From the NCBI GenBank assembly GCA_963782915.1, contig CAWALK010000012.1:128001-192000 (forward strand): DNA of 64,000 nucleotides, written 5' to 3'. Under the pieces are notes generated by a model that saw nothing but the letters and a program-made list of their open reading frames with translations, was not told where the DNA came from and searched no databases. The DNA is from an uncultured archaeon (lineage in GTDB: Archaea > Thermoproteota > Bathyarchaeia > Bathyarchaeales > Bathycorpusculaceae). Shown one piece after another: positions 19,807-29,876 of the stretch (its first letter is position 1; every line of letters begins with the position of its first letter). The position numbers and the translations under genes were made by a program.

Positions 19807-19824
19807 TGTTCCAGCGCTGGAACA
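19807..19824. promoter_or_regulatory. Perfect 18-bp palindrome between divergent genes
   Basis: TGTTCCAGCGCTGGAACA. Confidence 0.5.
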
Positions 19825-19884
19825 GTTTGTTCCTTGTGTAGAACTAAAAGTCGCCTGTCAAATAGGATTGTGTGATGATGTATC

Positions 19885-21067
19885 ATGGGCAAGGTTGCAG
19901 CAGTATTCTTTGTCGCTTGTTTAGTGGTCTCATGTATGATTATGTTTCAACCAGCAAAGGCTGATGCACATGAAAATATTGTGATAATTGTTCCAGACGA
20001 TTTTCCCACAATTAACCAAGCAATTCAAAACGCCATTGACGGCGACACAGTTCTAGTTAGACAGGGCATGTACAACGAAACTTTAGTTATCGACAAAGCA
20101 ATCACTCTAAGAGGCGAAGATACAGACAGCACCATCATAAATGGCGACAAGGCAGGGTACAGTCATTCATATCACCCATGACAATGTCACCGTCACAGGC
20201 TTAACAATAATCTATTCACAAATCCACAACAAGCCGCATACCTATTTTACGCATGATTTCCCTGCCGACCCGCCGAATGGGGCGATTGGGGGCGCCTCAT
20301 TGGGTGGTCTAACAAAAAATTCAGTCTTTTTCTATCGAGGTACGGACTGGCGACTAGCAGGAATACACCTAAACAATGTCCATGACTGCAGCATAGTCGG
20401 GAACAGAATAACTGATTGTGGAGAAGGCATATGGCTCTACAGTGCAGTAAACAACAATATCTCAGGTAACCTTTTTGACAGAAACGATTACGGCTTACAA
20501 GTTCAGGTCTCATCTAACAATCTGGTTGTCGGGAACACCTTCCAAAACGGCGGCGGAGGCATATGGTTCTGGAACACCGATTATCGAACGGAAGACTGGC
20601 TAAAACCACTAAACTATACCGACGGCGTTCACTACCTGAACAATCGCTTCTACCAAAACAATTTTATCGATAACATAAAAGCCCTCGAAAAACAAACAAT
20701 GACAAAAGCCTACCAGAACATTTGGGACGACGGCGAAAACGGCAACTACTGGAGCGATTATAACGGCACAGACTCCAACGGTGATGGCATAGGCGACAGT
20801 TCGTACCCGATAATTGGTGAATATTGGACAGGCACGACTTGGATAAACGGCGTTTGGGTAGACCAAGTCTGTGGCGAAGACCGCTATCCGCTTATGGTGC
20901 CCTTTGACATAAGCAGCATAGTGTCCACAGCATCCCCCTCCCCTTCATCTATAGAGGAGCAGCCAACCCAGAATCCTGTTAGCCCCGCTACAATCGAGTA
21001 CATAGCTGCGATAGCGGGCATAGCAATCATCGCAACACTAATTATTTACTTCAAAAAGCACAGATAA
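19885..21067 (+). CDS. NosD/pectin-lyase-like beta-helix surface protein; frameshift near 20150
   Basis: Signal peptide, VPDDFPTINQAI..GDTVLV, GI.L...NN.I repeats, GNYWSDYNGTDSNGDGIGD, C-terminal TM followed by YFKKHR. Confidence 0.85.
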
Positions 21068-21140
21068 TAAGCTCTAACCTTTTTTTGTGAAGTCTTTTTA
21101 AGCACCATAAACACTAAAGCAACCTCTGGGGAAGAAGGAT

Positions 21141-21512
21141 TTGGAACGAGCTAACGTCGTAAAAGAAGAAATTCAACAACAGGACACAAGATTCCTAGCA
21201 GTCTATGTTGAAGCAAAAAACAGTATCATGATTATGCTTAGTGAAAAAGAGGATAAACTGGGCACTATGGCTATTGCGGTTCCCAAACCCCGCGACATGA
21301 TGGGTTCAGTTACTTCTTCGGTCCTAATCGGCGACAAACACATCATTTCAGCGCGTATGTTTGCTGAGTATGTGGCGGCGAAGAAGGGGAAAATCGCTAT
21401 GGTCTCAGTTTATTTGGAGAATATCAGTGAGATTCAGGCTCAAGAATTTTTTATGCACCTAATCGATAAGGTGTTAAAGTCGGAAAGCAAAAAAGAGCCG
21501 ACAGCAACCTAA
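21141..21512 (+). CDS. Hypothetical protein resembling proteasome assembly chaperone 4 (PAC4)
   Basis: KLGTMAIAVP...SSVLIG...SARMFAEYVAAK...MVSVYL pattern; recognised from memory only. Confidence 0.5.
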   Translation: MERANVVKEEIQQQDTRFLAVYVEAKNSIMIMLSEKEDKLGTMAIAVPKPRDMMGSVTSSVLIGDKHIISARMFAEYVAAKKGKIAMVSVYLENISEIQAQEFFMHLIDKVLKSESKKEPTAT

Positions 21513-21524
21513 TTTTGCTGCGCA

Positions 21525-22025
21525 GTGAACGGAATGATTCGAAAGCTTTCAAACGCTGACTTCCCAACTATTTTTGAAATCGTAAACGACGCCGCAGTAG
21601 CTTACAGGGGCAAAATCCCCGCTGACTGCTATAAAACCCCCTATATGCCCCAAGAGGAGCTCGAAGAAGAAATCGAGGAGGGCGTACAATTCTATGGCAT
21701 CACTGTAAACGGCGTCTTAGCGGCAGTTATGGGCATTCAATCCGTCGGCGATGTCACCCTCATCCGGCATGCCTACACCCTCACCAGCTACCAACGACAA
21801 GGCCTCGGCGAACAACTACTCAACCACCTGCTTGGATTAGCCAAAACACCGCGGATTCTGGTCGGCACATGGGAAACAGCGCCCTGGGCAATCCGTTTCT
21901 ACCAAAAACACGGCTTCGTACTACTTTCAAGGGAAGAAACAAATAAGCTCCTAAAGAAATACTGGCACATCACAGAGCGCCAAATTGAAACTTCCGTTGT
22001 GCTTGAACATAAAAAGGGCAATTAA
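21525..22025 (+). CDS. GNAT acetyltransferase
   Basis: YQRQGLGEQLL, AIRFYQKHGF. Confidence 0.9.
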   Translation: MNGMIRKLSNADFPTIFEIVNDAAVAYRGKIPADCYKTPYMPQEELEEEIEEGVQFYGITVNGVLAAVMGIQSVGDVTLIRHAYTLTSYQRQGLGEQLLNHLLGLAKTPRILVGTWETAPWAIRFYQKHGFVLLSREETNKLLKKYWHITERQIETSVVLEHKKGN

Positions 22026-22034
22026 AAAAAGGGC

Positions 22035-22592
22035 TTATTTTGCGTATGTTCCGAACAGTTCTGCCATAGCCAACACATGATTATCCATTGCCCGCAGCAC
22101 TTGACCCTTAGCTGCGCTTGAATCCAAGTTTAACATTGTATCCAATGCATAAACTTTGAAGTAGTATGTGTGGGCACCACCAAGTGGGTCAGGTGCGCCG
22201 TATTCGTTTCTGCCCCAACCGTTTCTCCCCTGCACACCTACCGCAGAATCTTGGCTAATCGAAGCGTTAGGCGCTATATTCCACATTACCCAATGATTCC
22301 AAGACATCATAGGCATCGGATCATCCACAATCACCACTAAGCTTTGGGTTTCCTCAGGGACACCTTGAATATCTAGGGGCGGGTTGATGGCGTCGCCTTG
22401 GGAAGTGTAGATTTTGGGGATTGCTGTGCCGTTTTCGAAAGCTGGGCTGGTTACTTCCATTGAAGCTGTCGGGTAACCGTTCTTAAAAGCTGGCTCCAAG
22501 TTGCTAAAATAGTTTAGAGCTGCAAAAGCCGCTATCCCAACAATAAGCACTGTTGGAATGGTGACTAAGAGAATTTTAATCCATTTCTTCAT
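22035..22592 (-). CDS. YbhB/YbcL (PEBP) family protein with N-terminal anchor
   Basis: TSPAF..G..IP, VDDP, HWVMWNI, HTYYFKVYALD. Confidence 0.9.
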   Translation of the reverse strand: MKKWIKILLVTIPTVLIVGIAAFAALNYFSNLEPAFKNGYPTASMEVTSPAFENGTAIPKIYTSQGDAINPPLDIQGVPEETQSLVVIVDDPMPMMSWNHWVMWNIAPNASISQDSAVGVQGRNGWGRNEYGAPDPLGGAHTYYFKVYALDTMLNLDSSAAKGQVLRAMDNHVLAMAELFGTYAK

Positions 22593-22712
22593 GTTCTCTT
22601 TTCCTTCAAGCAACAAAGCATTCGACGCAAAAAGATAACTTTTTTGGCAAAAACTCGGGCAACCGCCTCATTCTTTAAAAATGCCCAACGCCATTCACAC
22701 TTGAGTGCAGGC

Positions 22713-23771
22713 ATGAAGCAAACCCTCCTCATCAAAGTGGACCCCCAAAACCCAGATGCCCAAAAAATAGCGGCAGCCGCAGAAATAATTAGGTCTGGCG
22801 GGCTAGTTGCTTTTCCAACCGAGACCGTTTACGGATTAGGCGCAGATGCACTCAACGGCGACGCAATACTGAGGCTATTTGAGGCTAAGAAGCGTCCGCT
22901 GGATAATCCGCCGATTGTGCATATTGCTGATGTTTCTGAGGTTTATCCGCTTGTAGCCGAGGTTCCCGCAAACGCTGAATTGTTGATGAAGCAGTTCTGG
23001 CCTGGACCCTTAACGATGGTTTTCAAGCACTCAAGCAACGTGCCAAAAGAGACAACGGCAGGTTTAGATACCATCGCCATCCGCATGCCTAAACACAAAG
23101 TAGCCCTCGAATTAATCAAACAAAGCAGACGCCCCATTGCGGCACCAAGCGCAAACCTCTCAGGCAAACCCAGCCCAACCACCGCCCAGCATGTCTACGA
23201 AGACCTAAACGGGCGCATAGACGCCATAATCGACGGCGGAGCCGCAAACATCGGCGTAGAATCCACCGTCGTCGACTTAAGCAGTGACCCACCCATGCTG
23301 CTAAGACCCGGCGGTACACCCTTTGAGGCGCTAAAGGCGGTGCTTGGTGATTTGCGGTTGCATCCGTTTGTGCAATCTGAGGTGGAGTTGTCGTTGGAAG
23401 AAATTCGCTCACCTGGCATGAAGCATAAGCATTATGCGCCCAAAGCACAGGTTATCCTCGTTGAAGGCAGCGTTGCAGCCATTGAAGGCAAAATCGAGGA
23501 ATTAGTTGCAAGTTACAAGTTAAAGGGCTTAAAAATTGGCGTGTTAGCAACCGATGAAACCATAGCTGCCTACAAAGCTGATGTTGTCAAATCAATGGGC
23601 AGCCGCCACAACCTCTCCACAGTCGCCCAGAGCCTATTTCGCCTCTTGCGTGAAGTTGATGCCGAAGGCGTCGATGTCATATTAGCCGAATCTGTGCCGT
23701 CCGAAGGCTTAGGCTTAGCGGTAATGAATCGGTTACGTAAAGCTTCAGGTTACCACATCGTCAAAGCGTAA
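22713..23771 (+). CDS. sua5: L-threonylcarbamoyladenylate synthase Sua5
   Basis: FPTETVYGL, KKRPLDNP, FWPGPLT, APSANLSG, PGMKHKHYAP. Confidence 0.95.
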   Translation: MKQTLLIKVDPQNPDAQKIAAAAEIIRSGGLVAFPTETVYGLGADALNGDAILRLFEAKKRPLDNPPIVHIADVSEVYPLVAEVPANAELLMKQFWPGPLTMVFKHSSNVPKETTAGLDTIAIRMPKHKVALELIKQSRRPIAAPSANLSGKPSPTTAQHVYEDLNGRIDAIIDGGAANIGVESTVVDLSSDPPMLLRPGGTPFEALKAVLGDLRLHPFVQSEVELSLEEIRSPGMKHKHYAPKAQVILVEGSVAAIEGKIEELVASYKLKGLKIGVLATDETIAAYKADVVKSMGSRHNLSTVAQSLFRLLREVDAEGVDVILAESVPSEGLGLAVMNRLRKASGYHIVKA

Positions 23772-23772
23772 T

Positions 23773-24672
23773 TTATCTGCGGATAAACGACAGCAGTTGA
23801 TTTAACTCAACAGTGGCGACGCAGACTACGCTGTCGGCAGCCCCGTAATAGAGAAAAACCTTATCGCCAATCATCACGTTGCCACAGCTAAAAACCACAT
23901 TGGGCACTTTGCCAAACCGTTCATAATCCTCTTTAGGAGACAAAATCGGTGTTTTCGAGCGATAAAGCACCCGCTCTGGGTGATCACTATCAAGCAGCAC
24001 AATCCCCAACGAATACAGCCGCTCAACGCTAACGCCATGATAAATTACAAGCCAGCCTTCATTGATTTTCATCGGTGTACCAGCAACGCCGACTTTCCAG
24101 TTATCCCAACCTTCAGCCGCTGGAGTCATAACCGACATTAAATCGCACCAATGCGCTAGGTCTTCGGAGTATGCTATGGTTAGGTCTGGTTCAATTCGGT
24201 TTAGCATGACGTAGCGGCCGTTGACTTTTTGGGGAAAAATTACTCCATCCTTGTTTCTGATGCCTGGAAAGGGAAGATGGCGGTTGGTCCAGTTCCATTT
24301 TCTTTCAGCAAAATCATTCTGGGAAATGGTTGTTAGGGCGATCTGGTAGACTTGCAAGTGGCTGTATTCGCGCAGCGCCGTGTAAGCCATGATTAATTCG
24401 TCGTCTATCTGGGTTATTCGGGGGTCTTCGCAGCCGTCTTTTTCGCATTCAGCTCTGGGTTCATAGATTGGATTTGGTAAACGTTCATCGATGTTTAAGC
24501 CGTCGGTGGATGATGCATATCCGATTCTTGAAATATTGTCGTTACCCATAGCGCGGTAGAGTAGGTGTACTTTGCCGTTTAGGTAGACGGCGGCTGTGTT
24601 GAAGACTTCCCTTGATTCCCACGGGTGCTCTTCTATGGGGCGAAGAATCGGGTTACCTCTAAAGCGTTCCAT
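23773..24672 (-). CDS. GH130-family glycoside hydrolase/phosphorylase
   Basis: NPIL.P, VFN, LYRA, GCEDPR, NKD, VPNVVFSCG, YYGAAD. Confidence 0.9.
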   Translation of the reverse strand: MERFRGNPILRPIEEHPWESREVFNTAAVYLNGKVHLLYRAMGNDNISRIGYASSTDGLNIDERLPNPIYEPRAECEKDGCEDPRITQIDDELIMAYTALREYSHLQVYQIALTTISQNDFAERKWNWTNRHLPFPGIRNKDGVIFPQKVNGRYVMLNRIEPDLTIAYSEDLAHWCDLMSVMTPAAEGWDNWKVGVAGTPMKINEGWLVIYHGVSVERLYSLGIVLLDSDHPERVLYRSKTPILSPKEDYERFGKVPNVVFSCGNVMIGDKVFLYYGAADSVVCVATVELNQLLSFIRR

Positions 24673-24681
24673 GGGCTATTC

Positions 24682-25095
24682 CTATATTGCGTTTGCTGAC
24701 GGAGTTTTAATCCCGAGTAACTCGTCTAAAAATGCTCTAATCGAGAAGAGCCCGATGAGTTTTCCAGTTTGGTCTGTTACTGGTAGATGGCGTACGTTAT
24801 GTGACATTATTAGGCGTTTAACTTCATCGAAGGAAGCTTCCAGCGAAATCGTGACAACATGGCGGCTCATCACTTTGCCCAGGGTTTGGTCTAAAGCGAA
24901 CTTGTTTGCTATCAATCGAATTGCATCTCGCTCGGTGAATATGCCGATGCATTTTTCTTCATCATCAACCACAACAATTGAGCCCACATGCCTGTCATTT
25001 AAGAGCTGTACTGCATCCTGTATTGACAAGTCTTCTTTTGCAGTGATGACTTTTTTACACATAATGTCTTTTACTCTGAGCATAGGCTCACACAT
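24682..25095 (-). CDS. CBS-domain pair protein
   Basis: VKDIM, GIFTERD, RHLPV. Confidence 0.9.
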   Translation of the reverse strand: MCEPMLRVKDIMCKKVITAKEDLSIQDAVQLLNDRHVGSIVVVDDEEKCIGIFTERDAIRLIANKFALDQTLGKVMSRHVVTISLEASFDEVKRLIMSHNVRHLPVTDQTGKLIGLFSIRAFLDELLGIKTPSANAI

Positions 25096-25126
25096 ACTAA
25101 GCCTCCAAAAAACGATTGATTATTCT

Positions 25127-27403
25127 CTACTTTAATTGAGGCGGTTTCTTGTTTAAATCTTCTTCTGAAGCCAAAAGCCCCTGATTTATCTCCTCTATCT
25201 TTAGCCGTGCAAGCAGATACGATACGGAGGATTCGCCACCTTGATTTCTGTTCACAAAATCCTTCGCTAAACCATCATAGCAGCCTCCAGTTTCAGCGTT
25301 ATACATGGCGATTTTGCGGCTGTTTTTACCAATAAACCACCCGAACACCGCGTTGGCGGCATCAAGGTACTGTTTGTCTTCGGTGGCGTAGTATCCATCC
25401 ACTGCCGCTTCAACCATCGCTGCTGCTTCAAGCGGCTGCTGATCATACAACGGGCGATTTCCACCACGCTTATACCAGCCATCATTGCCGATAGGCACAA
25501 ACACACCATCGATCATCTGCGTTTTAAGCAGAAACTCCATAGAATCCTCTGCCACATCGAGGAACTCCTGTTTCCTAACCATTGAGTAAGCCAAAAATAA
25601 CGCCTGTGGCAATCTGGCGTTATCGTAGATTAGGTGTGATTCAAACCATCGCCAATCCTCCTTTGATGTGTCTTTGAATTGCTGAACCAAACAATCGCCA
25701 AGTTTTTCAGCGCTGACTTTAAGGCTACCGTCGGGGATGGCTTGATAGTACTCATATAATCCTGCTAAAGCGGCTGAGTAGAAACGAAGCGACGTGGATT
25801 TGAAAACCCATGGTAATCCCCGGTCAAAGATGTCTTTGGCAACCAATCGCATATCATTAAGTATTGAGGAGTTAATTGTGCAGCCGCATGCCCAAAGCGT
25901 TCGCCCAGCAGAATCCGGTGAACCATCAATGTCAAGGTAAGTTCGTCCATAGCTTAGGTAATTGTGGAAGTTGCCGTCAGGTTTTTGCATATGATTAAGA
26001 AACGCCAAATAGACATGTACCAACGAATTCATGTCGGAGTCATTTGTGAGTCTATGATATTTTATTGCTGCAACTAAGGCTCGGGCGTTATCGTCAGTTG
26101 TGTAGCCTTCTCCACGTTTAGGAATGCAGAATTTGGCATGTTGAAAAAGTCCTGTATCATCGGTGAAAGCTTTCAAGTAATCAATTTTTAGAGGGGGTAG
26201 TCTGGATGGCCAATTCATCTCCGATTGCTTGGTTAATTCATCAAAAAGTTTAAGGTACTTTTTGGCGACTAGGGGCCAAATGAATTTTCTACTATAAATG
26301 TAGGCTTTCTGTTCGAGAGAGCGACGTAGCTTCTGGTTCTCGATGATTTCTGTTACTTGCTCCGCGATGGAGTCTGAATCGTTGAATTTGCAGAAAACTC
26401 CCCGTCCTTCACCTAAGGCTTCTTTTGCGTGAAGATAAGGTGTGGATACCACGGCTTTTCCAGCTGCCAACGCATATGACAATGCGCCGCTGCTTACCTG
26501 ATTGGGCGACACATAGGGTGTAACGTAGACGTCGGTTGCTTGAAGATACTTGTATAATTCAGGTTTTGAGAGGAAACGGTTTAGGAACCGTACGTGACCT
26601 TGCACTCCAAGGTTTTTCGCCATTCGCAGAAGTGAGTTTCGATAGGCTTCTCCTTCGTTCTTCTTTACCTGTGGATGCGTTACACCCAACACGTAATAGA
26701 TTAGTCGGGGTTCTTTTTTAACGATTTTTGGAAGTGCCTCAATGACGTGTTCGATTCCTTTGCCCTTGCTTAGTAAACCAAAAGTTGAGAGTACTACTCG
26801 GTTCTTTAAGCCCAAATCAGGCTTTACTTTGTCGCTTGATACCAATTGTAAATCAGGGCAGCCATGCGGAATCAGCCTTACTTTTTTGGCTGGAACACCA
26901 TATTGCCTGACCAACGTGCGGGTAGTTTCATTTAAAACGACGATGGCTGCGCTCTTGTCCACCACATCAGTGAAAACTTCTTTGGTTTTATCTTCAAAAT
27001 TAGGCAGAACAGTGTGAAGGGTTGTTGCAACGGGCCTCTTTAGTTTGTCGAGAAATGAGCAGATGTATTCTCCTGATTCTCCGCCGAAAATGCCGAATTC
27101 ATGCTGTATATTGACTACGTTTACGGGTGATTGGTTGAGGAAATCCGCCATTAACACGTAGTCTTCAACGAAGTCTCGACCGATTTTATGTTCAAAACCC
27201 TCATAAGCTGGCTTAAAGAGGCGTCGTCCATCGATAGAAATTACCCTTTGGTCCTTTAACGTATTGAGTTGACTTATGGAGTTGACCAAATCCGAAGTAA
27301 ATGTTGCTATGCCACATTTTCTTGGCGGAAAGGTGCTCACATAGGCAACTTCTTTGACGCTAGTCAGCGTAGGGGTGCCTAGAACATAATTTGCCAATAA
27401 CAA
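25127..27403 (-). CDS. GT4 glycosyltransferase fused to a C-terminal glycosidase-like domain
   Basis: PPRKCGIATF, QHEFGIFGG, SSGALSYA; then DDTGLFQHA..GYTTDDNARAL, YDNARLP, DQQPLEA, NQGGES. Confidence 0.88.
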   Translation of the reverse strand: MLLANYVLGTPTLTSVKEVAYVSTFPPRKCGIATFTSDLVNSISQLNTLKDQRVISIDGRRLFKPAYEGFEHKIGRDFVEDYVLMADFLNQSPVNVVNIQHEFGIFGGESGEYICSFLDKLKRPVATTLHTVLPNFEDKTKEVFTDVVDKSAAIVVLNETTRTLVRQYGVPAKKVRLIPHGCPDLQLVSSDKVKPDLGLKNRVVLSTFGLLSKGKGIEHVIEALPKIVKKEPRLIYYVLGVTHPQVKKNEGEAYRNSLLRMAKNLGVQGHVRFLNRFLSKPELYKYLQATDVYVTPYVSPNQVSSGALSYALAAGKAVVSTPYLHAKEALGEGRGVFCKFNDSDSIAEQVTEIIENQKLRRSLEQKAYIYSRKFIWPLVAKKYLKLFDELTKQSEMNWPSRLPPLKIDYLKAFTDDTGLFQHAKFCIPKRGEGYTTDDNARALVAAIKYHRLTNDSDMNSLVHVYLAFLNHMQKPDGNFHNYLSYGRTYLDIDGSPDSAGRTLWACGCTINSSILNDMRLVAKDIFDRGLPWVFKSTSLRFYSAALAGLYEYYQAIPDGSLKVSAEKLGDCLVQQFKDTSKEDWRWFESHLIYDNARLPQALFLAYSMVRKQEFLDVAEDSMEFLLKTQMIDGVFVPIGNDGWYKRGGNRPLYDQQPLEAAAMVEAAVDGYYATEDKQYLDAANAVFGWFIGKNSRKIAMYNAETGGCYDGLAKDFVNRNQGGESSVSYLLARLKIEEINQGLLASEEDLNKKPPQLK

Positions 27404-27549
27404 ATCACGTCATAAATAGGAGTTCTGGCTGTCTTTAAGCGATTGTGATTGTACTTTGACTAGTCACAAAGGCATTTTTGGAAGCTTTTTTGCATGAGGT
27501 TTATATTTTTCGATGCCTAGTGAAGTGGTTCAAGAAGGGAGAGGGGTTT

Positions 27550-28443
27550 ATGAAACGTTTTGAGCATAATCCCATATTAGAACCAATCAGGTCTAACTCT
27601 TGGGAAAATAGGTCCGTATTTAATGCGGCGGCAGTCTACTATGATGGTTTAGTCCACATTGTCTATCGTGCACAAGGTACAGACATGGTCTCGAGACTGG
27701 GCTTAGCAACATCCAACGACGGATTCACCATAAAAGAACGATTTGACACACCAATTTTTACGCCACTCAACCATGCGGAACGCGACGGCACTGAAGACCC
27801 ACGCTTAACCGTAATCGGCGACCAAGCCATCATGGCTTACACGGCATATCGAAACCACGATTTTCCAGTAATCTTCCAAATCTCATTAACATCTATAGAT
27901 ATCAAAGACTTTGCCAAACAAAACTGGAACTGGAAAGAACGAACTCTACCATTCCCAGGCGTACGCAACAAAGACGCAGTAATATTACCGGGAAAAGTCG
28001 ACGGCAAATACGTAATGTTCCACAGAATCGAACCCAGCATATGTGTTTCTTATTCAGAGGATCTTAAAAGATGGCACGACTTCAAATCCATCATGGAACC
28101 ACGGGACAAGATGTGGGACAGTGTTAAAATCGGTGCCGCTGGAACACCCATTGAATTAAACGAAGGCTACCTATTCATCTATCACGGTGTGGACGAAAAG
28201 AAGCATTACTCACTCGGCGTAGCTCTACTAGACAAAAGTAACCCAGAAAAGATACTTTACCGCTCAGACAAACCAATCTTGACACCCAGTGAAGGCTATG
28301 AATGCGTAGGCGACGTACCCAACGTGGTATTCAGCTGCGGCAACGTACAACTCGACGACCAAGTCATCGTTTACTATGGCGGAGCAGACAGCGTACTTTG
28401 CGGTGCAAGCTACGAATTAAACGAATTACTTCCCAAAAAATAG
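27550..28443 (+). CDS. GH130-family glycoside hydrolase/phosphorylase (paralog of 23773..24672)
   Basis: Same motifs (GTEDPR, RNKD, VPNVVFSCG). Confidence 0.9.
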   Translation: MKRFEHNPILEPIRSNSWENRSVFNAAAVYYDGLVHIVYRAQGTDMVSRLGLATSNDGFTIKERFDTPIFTPLNHAERDGTEDPRLTVIGDQAIMAYTAYRNHDFPVIFQISLTSIDIKDFAKQNWNWKERTLPFPGVRNKDAVILPGKVDGKYVMFHRIEPSICVSYSEDLKRWHDFKSIMEPRDKMWDSVKIGAAGTPIELNEGYLFIYHGVDEKKHYSLGVALLDKSNPEKILYRSDKPILTPSEGYECVGDVPNVVFSCGNVQLDDQVIVYYGGADSVLCGASYELNELLPKK

Positions 28444-28698
28444 GTTAGTAATCGATAACTGCTTAAGATGTTGGTTCTCTTAAGCAACCACTTTTTTGCC
28501 TAAATATTTTGTTTTTGTATAGTTTTGCTGTTGGCGTAGAATTGCAGTCACATATTTTTAAATCACAGCCGCCTAGTCAGTTATGTTGTAAACCTATCAT
28601 AAGTCACTGCTTAACTCCTAAGCGATGACCAAAGGCCTCAAAATACGGCTAACTCAATTTTTCCTCATTCAATGGCTGATTGATAGGGAGGTGAAGAT

Positions 28699-29274
28699 AT
28701 GTCAAAAGTTTACAAACACGAAACCGAAGACGAAACAAAAAAACAACCTGACTACATCGAAGACTTAACTTCAACTTCAAGAGACATGAGAAGCGTAGAT
28801 GAACGCAACTACTCGGAAGAGACCTTGCAGGATGAAGCAGCACAAGAAAGCGATGATGATTGGGTAGAGAAGAATCAATCGCCATTGACAGGGCATATAT
28901 CTGGAACGATGGAGGAGCTTGAACGAATCCAAAGCTCACAAACGATGACCAGCGATGAAGTCCGTGAATGCCTAAAAGATTCACTTGATTGCTATCAAAG
29001 CTGCACAGAAACAACCATGCGTTGCCTATCTATGGGCGGCAAACATGCAGAACCCGAGCATATCAACCTGCTCATGGACTGCGCAAGAATCTGCAGTACC
29101 AACGCCGATTTCATGCAAAGGAACTCAACATATTATCCCCAAACATGCGGCATAACCGCTGACATATGTGATGAATGCGGAGACAACTGTGACAGGTTTG
29201 ATGAGGACTTCATGAAGGAATGCGCCAGCGTTTGCCGACGTTGTGCGGAGTCATGCCGTGAAATGGCAAGATAA
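28699..29274 (+). CDS. Cys-rich four-helix-bundle copper storage protein (Csp/DUF326-like) with acidic N-terminal extension
   Basis: Repeated CxxxC/CxxC: DCARIC, ICDECGDNC, ECASVCRRCAESC; GGAGGTGA upstream. Confidence 0.85.
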   Translation: MSKVYKHETEDETKKQPDYIEDLTSTSRDMRSVDERNYSEETLQDEAAQESDDDWVEKNQSPLTGHISGTMEELERIQSSQTMTSDEVRECLKDSLDCYQSCTETTMRCLSMGGKHAEPEHINLLMDCARICSTNADFMQRNSTYYPQTCGITADICDECGDNCDRFDEDFMKECASVCRRCAESCREMAR

Positions 29275-29330
29275 ACCAGTTTTCTACTTACCACTATTTT
29301 CTTGAGTGGTTTGGAGGTGAAGTATTTTTT

Positions 29331-29807
29331 ATGCAGGAAGAGATGAGAAAAGAACAAGACAAGTTAAGGGATAACGCAACAATCTATGATATACTAAAGA
29401 TTGAACATAAAGACGTCAAGAAACTGTTTAAGCAAATCATCGATGAACAGCGTTTCCAAGAAAATATTTACACTCAGATTAAAACTGCGCTGACGCTTCA
29501 TTTGGCTGGAGAAGAAAAATTTTTGTATCCACGCTTAGAAAACAACGCGGAAACCAGAGTGCTTGCCCTAGAATCCTATGAAGAGCATGATTTAGGAAGA
29601 AAAATCATCAATGACATTGACAATACCTCCGACATGGATGCCAAATATGCTAAAGTCAAAGTGTTAAGTGAAGCCATCAACATGCACGTGAAAGAGGAAG
29701 AAGATGAGCTTTTCAAGAAGGCCAAACGTGTGCTGTCTGATGAGGACGAACGGATGATTGCCAGTCAGTTCTTGAATGAGAAAATGGCGAATATGCCCAA
29801 GATGTAA
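29331..29807 (+). CDS. Hemerythrin/HHE cation-binding protein
   Basis: EHKDV, HLAGEEKFLYP, EEH, HVKEEEDELF. Confidence 0.88.
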   Translation: MQEEMRKEQDKLRDNATIYDILKIEHKDVKKLFKQIIDEQRFQENIYTQIKTALTLHLAGEEKFLYPRLENNAETRVLALESYEEHDLGRKIINDIDNTSDMDAKYAKVKVLSEAINMHVKEEEDELFKKAKRVLSDEDERMIASQFLNEKMANMPKM

Positions 29808-29876
29808 CCTTGCGTTGCCCAGGTTCCCTTTATTTTGAACTTTTCCAATCATTTTTTCATAAGGAAGGTGATATTT

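Noticed and set aside
19807-19824. Origin recognition box (ORB)
   Set aside because: Only partial resemblance to GTTCCAGTGGAAAC, single copy, no G-string and no cdc6/orc1 gene nearby.
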